Origin: Alkalispirochaeta sp.
GTDB taxonomy: Bacteria > Spirochaetota > Spirochaetia > DSM-27196 > Alkalispirochaetaceae
Length of the DNA: 64,000 bases
Assembly (NCBI GenBank): GCA_965601925.1
Contig: OZ271854.1
Coordinates: forward strand, 2,016,001 to 2,080,000
Direction of reading: 5' to 3'
Positions 61,921-64,000 of this stretch are shown piece by piece (position 1 is the first letter of the stretch; every line of letters starts with the position of its first letter). A model generated the notes under the pieces. That model did not search any database. It was not told where the DNA came from and saw only the letters and a program-made list of their open reading frames with translations. The position numbers were made by a program, and so were the translations under genes.

Positions 61921-61975
61921 ACTTATTATTAGACTTAAAATAAGTATTGACAAGTGAAATTACCGAACCTACCCT
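61921..61975. promoter_or_regulatory. ROK (NagC/XylR-type) operator abutting a sigma70 promoter
   Basis: ACTTATT-N11-AATAAGT palindrome at 61921-61945; TTGACA(61947)-17 bp-TACCCT(61970). Confidence 0.75.
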
Positions 61976-62007
61976 GAAATGGAGGCCAAGTAATAAGGAG
62001 GATGAGG

Positions 62008-63291
62008 ATGAGACGATCGTTGTGTTTCACGATGTGTACGGTCCTTATCGCGCTACTCGTCGTATCCGGTGTCGTCGCCGGGGGACGTGGTGAGGATACG
62101 GGGACGGTGTTGCGGATAGCGTCCGCGATTCAAGGTCCGGAAGAGATCGCAATATACGACGACGTAGCGGCGACCTTCGAGGCGGAGTATCCCGGCGTGA
62201 CCGTCGCGTGGGATCGTTCGACCGGCGACGACTATCAGTTCACCGGCTTGCCGTCGCTCCTGGAGAGCGATACGCCACCCGATATCTATTTCGAATGGGG
62301 GGGTGACCGCGTCGCCTCGCGCGCAGTCGACGGATACGCGCTCGCGATTAACGATCTCGCCGACGAACTGCGCCCGTTTATCAACGAGTCGGCGTGGAGC
62401 GGAACGATGGTGAATGGTGATGTGTATATGATTCCCGACAACCAAGATATCACCATCATGATGTGGTACGATCGCGTGTTGTTCGAGCGACTCGGCCTGG
62501 AGCCGCCGGCGACGTGGGAGGAGTTTCTCGCACTCTGTGAAGCGCTTTCCGGAGCCGGGATTACGCCGATTCTCATGGGAAACGCCGATGCATGGGTCGC
62601 CGGAAACTTCGGCGGGTTGTTTCTCTCTCGCTGGGCCGGAGACGAGTATACCGATCGCGTGTTGCGCTTGGAGCCGGGAACGCAGCTTAACAATGACCTA
62701 TTTGTGGAGGCGCTCCAGTTTGCTTACGAACTCGGTCGGCGCGGCTACGTCAACCTCGACATGAACACGTTGGGATATGAGTCGAGTTTCGCGCGGCTAT
62801 TTGACGGCTCCTCAGCGATGTATCCACTCGGTACGTGGTTCAGAGACGAAGTCGTCGCTCAGTTCTCCCGCAATCCCGACGGAGAAGAGTGGGACTTCTT
62901 CAACCTACCGCCCTTTCCCGGTGGACGCGGAGCGCCGAGCAGCGTCATGGGTCTCAATACCGGATGGATCATTAACGCCGACACGGCGCACCGAGATTTG
63001 GCATACGCATTCATGGAGGTTATGATGCGTGGAGAGTTCCAATCGCGTTTGGCGGAAATCGGTCGCATTACGACGCGTACCGCCTCGCTGGAGGATTCCG
63101 AGAGCGAGTACGTACAACGAGTCGCGGCGGTTCTCAATGATACGCCGCAAATCGTGGCGCCGCCGGACACGGGATACAATCTGGAAATAGCGGCCGCGCT
63201 GTACGAGGCTATCGCAAAAACGTTCGCCAACGCCGAGACGCCCGAGGAGGCGCTCGACGCCGCGGAGCGCAAGATCCAGCATCTACGATAG
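62008..63291 (+). CDS. Carbohydrate ABC transporter substrate-binding protein (CUT1 family)
   Basis: AAGGAGG RBS, signal peptide ending VAGGRGE, FEAEYPGV, PDI, G.VYMIP, YDR.LFE.LGLEPP.TWEEF and F..G.SAM...G.W. Confidence 0.92.
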   Translation: MRRSLCFTMCTVLIALLVVSGVVAGGRGEDTGTVLRIASAIQGPEEIAIYDDVAATFEAEYPGVTVAWDRSTGDDYQFTGLPSLLESDTPPDIYFEWGGDRVASRAVDGYALAINDLADELRPFINESAWSGTMVNGDVYMIPDNQDITIMMWYDRVLFERLGLEPPATWEEFLALCEALSGAGITPILMGNADAWVAGNFGGLFLSRWAGDEYTDRVLRLEPGTQLNNDLFVEALQFAYELGRRGYVNLDMNTLGYESSFARLFDGSSAMYPLGTWFRDEVVAQFSRNPDGEEWDFFNLPPFPGGRGAPSSVMGLNTGWIINADTAHRDLAYAFMEVMMRGEFQSRLAEIGRITTRTASLEDSESEYVQRVAAVLNDTPQIVAPPDTGYNLEIAAALYEAIAKTFANAETPEEALDAAERKIQHLR

Positions 63292-63313
63292 TCCGTGGCG
63301 TCCAGTACAGGAC

Positions 63314-63336
63314 CCCGGGCCGCACAGGGGCCCGGG
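63314..63336 (+). other. GC stem-loop after the SBP gene (mRNA-stabilising or attenuating hairpin)
   Basis: CCCGGGCC-N7-GGCCCGGG, with no U-tract. Confidence 0.45.
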
Positions 63337-63377
63337 CTGCACCGTAAAACGGCGCTGCACCGAGAGGCTCCCCAGTA

Positions 63378-64000
63378 TTGAAACGACGAGGAATAGAGCC
63401 GTATCTCTACACGATTCCCGCCTTTGCCCTCTTTGCGATGGTGATTCTGGTTCCAACCGCTTTCACCTTCGTCTTCAGCGTCGTCGAATGGAGGCGTTTT
63501 CAGCCGCTCGATCTCGGAACCCTGGAGCATTATCGCCGATTGTTCGCCGATCGCACGCTCGGTATCGCCTTCGGCAATAACTTCGTGTACATCTTCTACA
63601 CGATTCTGCTGGAGGTGGGGGCGGGATTGTTTTTTGCCGGCATCGCGATCCATCTTCGGAAGTCGCTCATGTTTCGCAGTTTGGTTTTTGCCCCGGTCAT
63701 TTTGCCCTCGATCGTTACCGGCGTCTTGTGGCGTCAAGCCCTCGCGTATCAGTCGGGATTGCTGAATGCCGCGCTTGCCCGATTCGGTGTCGCGCCGATT
63801 CAGTGGCTCGGTCCGCCGTTCACCGTCCTGTCGGTATCGATCGTGTCGGGGTGGATCTGGTCGGGCTTCTTCATGACCGTGTTCTACGCCGGTTTGACGC
63901 GCATTCCGGGGACGCTCATCGAAGCGGCCGTTATTGAGGGTGCATCGCGAGTGAGAATTTTCGTTCGGATTCAACTTCCCCTCATTCGGAATTTGCTCGT
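63378..64000 (+). CDS. Carbohydrate ABC transporter permease (partial, runs off the right edge)
   Basis: TTG start; MKRRGIEPYLYTIPAF..., F..PVILP.IV.GVLW, GLLN, QWLG and EAA motif IP..LIEAAVIEGAS....F.RI.LP. Confidence 0.9.
   Translation, partial: MKRRGIEPYLYTIPAFALFAMVILVPTAFTFVFSVVEWRRFQPLDLGTLEHYRRLFADRTLGIAFGNNFVYIFYTILLEVGAGLFFAGIAIHLRKSLMFRSLVFAPVILPSIVTGVLWRQALAYQSGLLNAALARFGVAPIQWLGPPFTVLSVSIVSGWIWSGFFMTVFYAGLTRIPGTLIEAAVIEGASRVRIFVRIQLPLIRNLL

Overview
GC-rich bacterial chromosomal window, most likely from a free-living anaerobic spirochaete (Spirochaetaceae-like). This is inferred from the TPR/lytic transglycosylase/uppP/ftsK block, the mnmE...mnmG-rsmG genes, XPB and the 'AGGRGE'-type signal peptides. 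Left to right: lipoproteins, a glycerophosphodiesterase and mnmE; about 9.7 kb of accessory genes (ABC-2 exporter, TetR-nitroreductase-outer membrane protein, DUF1576, AraC-DHFR-like, GNATs); mnmG-rsmG; a TetR-GNAT-flavin amine oxidoreductase cassette; alkaline phosphatase; signalling genes; a cell-envelope/division block; a Rex-linked regulatory operon divergent from a tetrameric group A3 [FeFe]-hydrogenase operon, followed by a 9 x 47-bp palindromic tandem array; aroD-aroE; XPB and its partner; PIN-PhoH. The best candidate for an undescribed system is at the right end (53.7-64 kb): a non-PFL glycyl radical enzyme (GCGE Cys loop, RCGGFS Gly loop) with its activase, embedded in an apparent amino-sugar locus (ChbR-like AraC regulator, ROK repressor with a NagC-like operator, a GH35 carrying the glucosaminidase-type Asp-Glu signature, and a sugar ABC transporter). 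Other notable observations: a four-Cys insertion in Rex, a 24-aa upstream ORF that mimics the N-terminus of the gene it overlaps, and repeated leaderless gene starts. No rRNA, tRNA, CRISPR-Cas or transposase was recognised. All family calls come from motif recognition by eye; no database searches were run.
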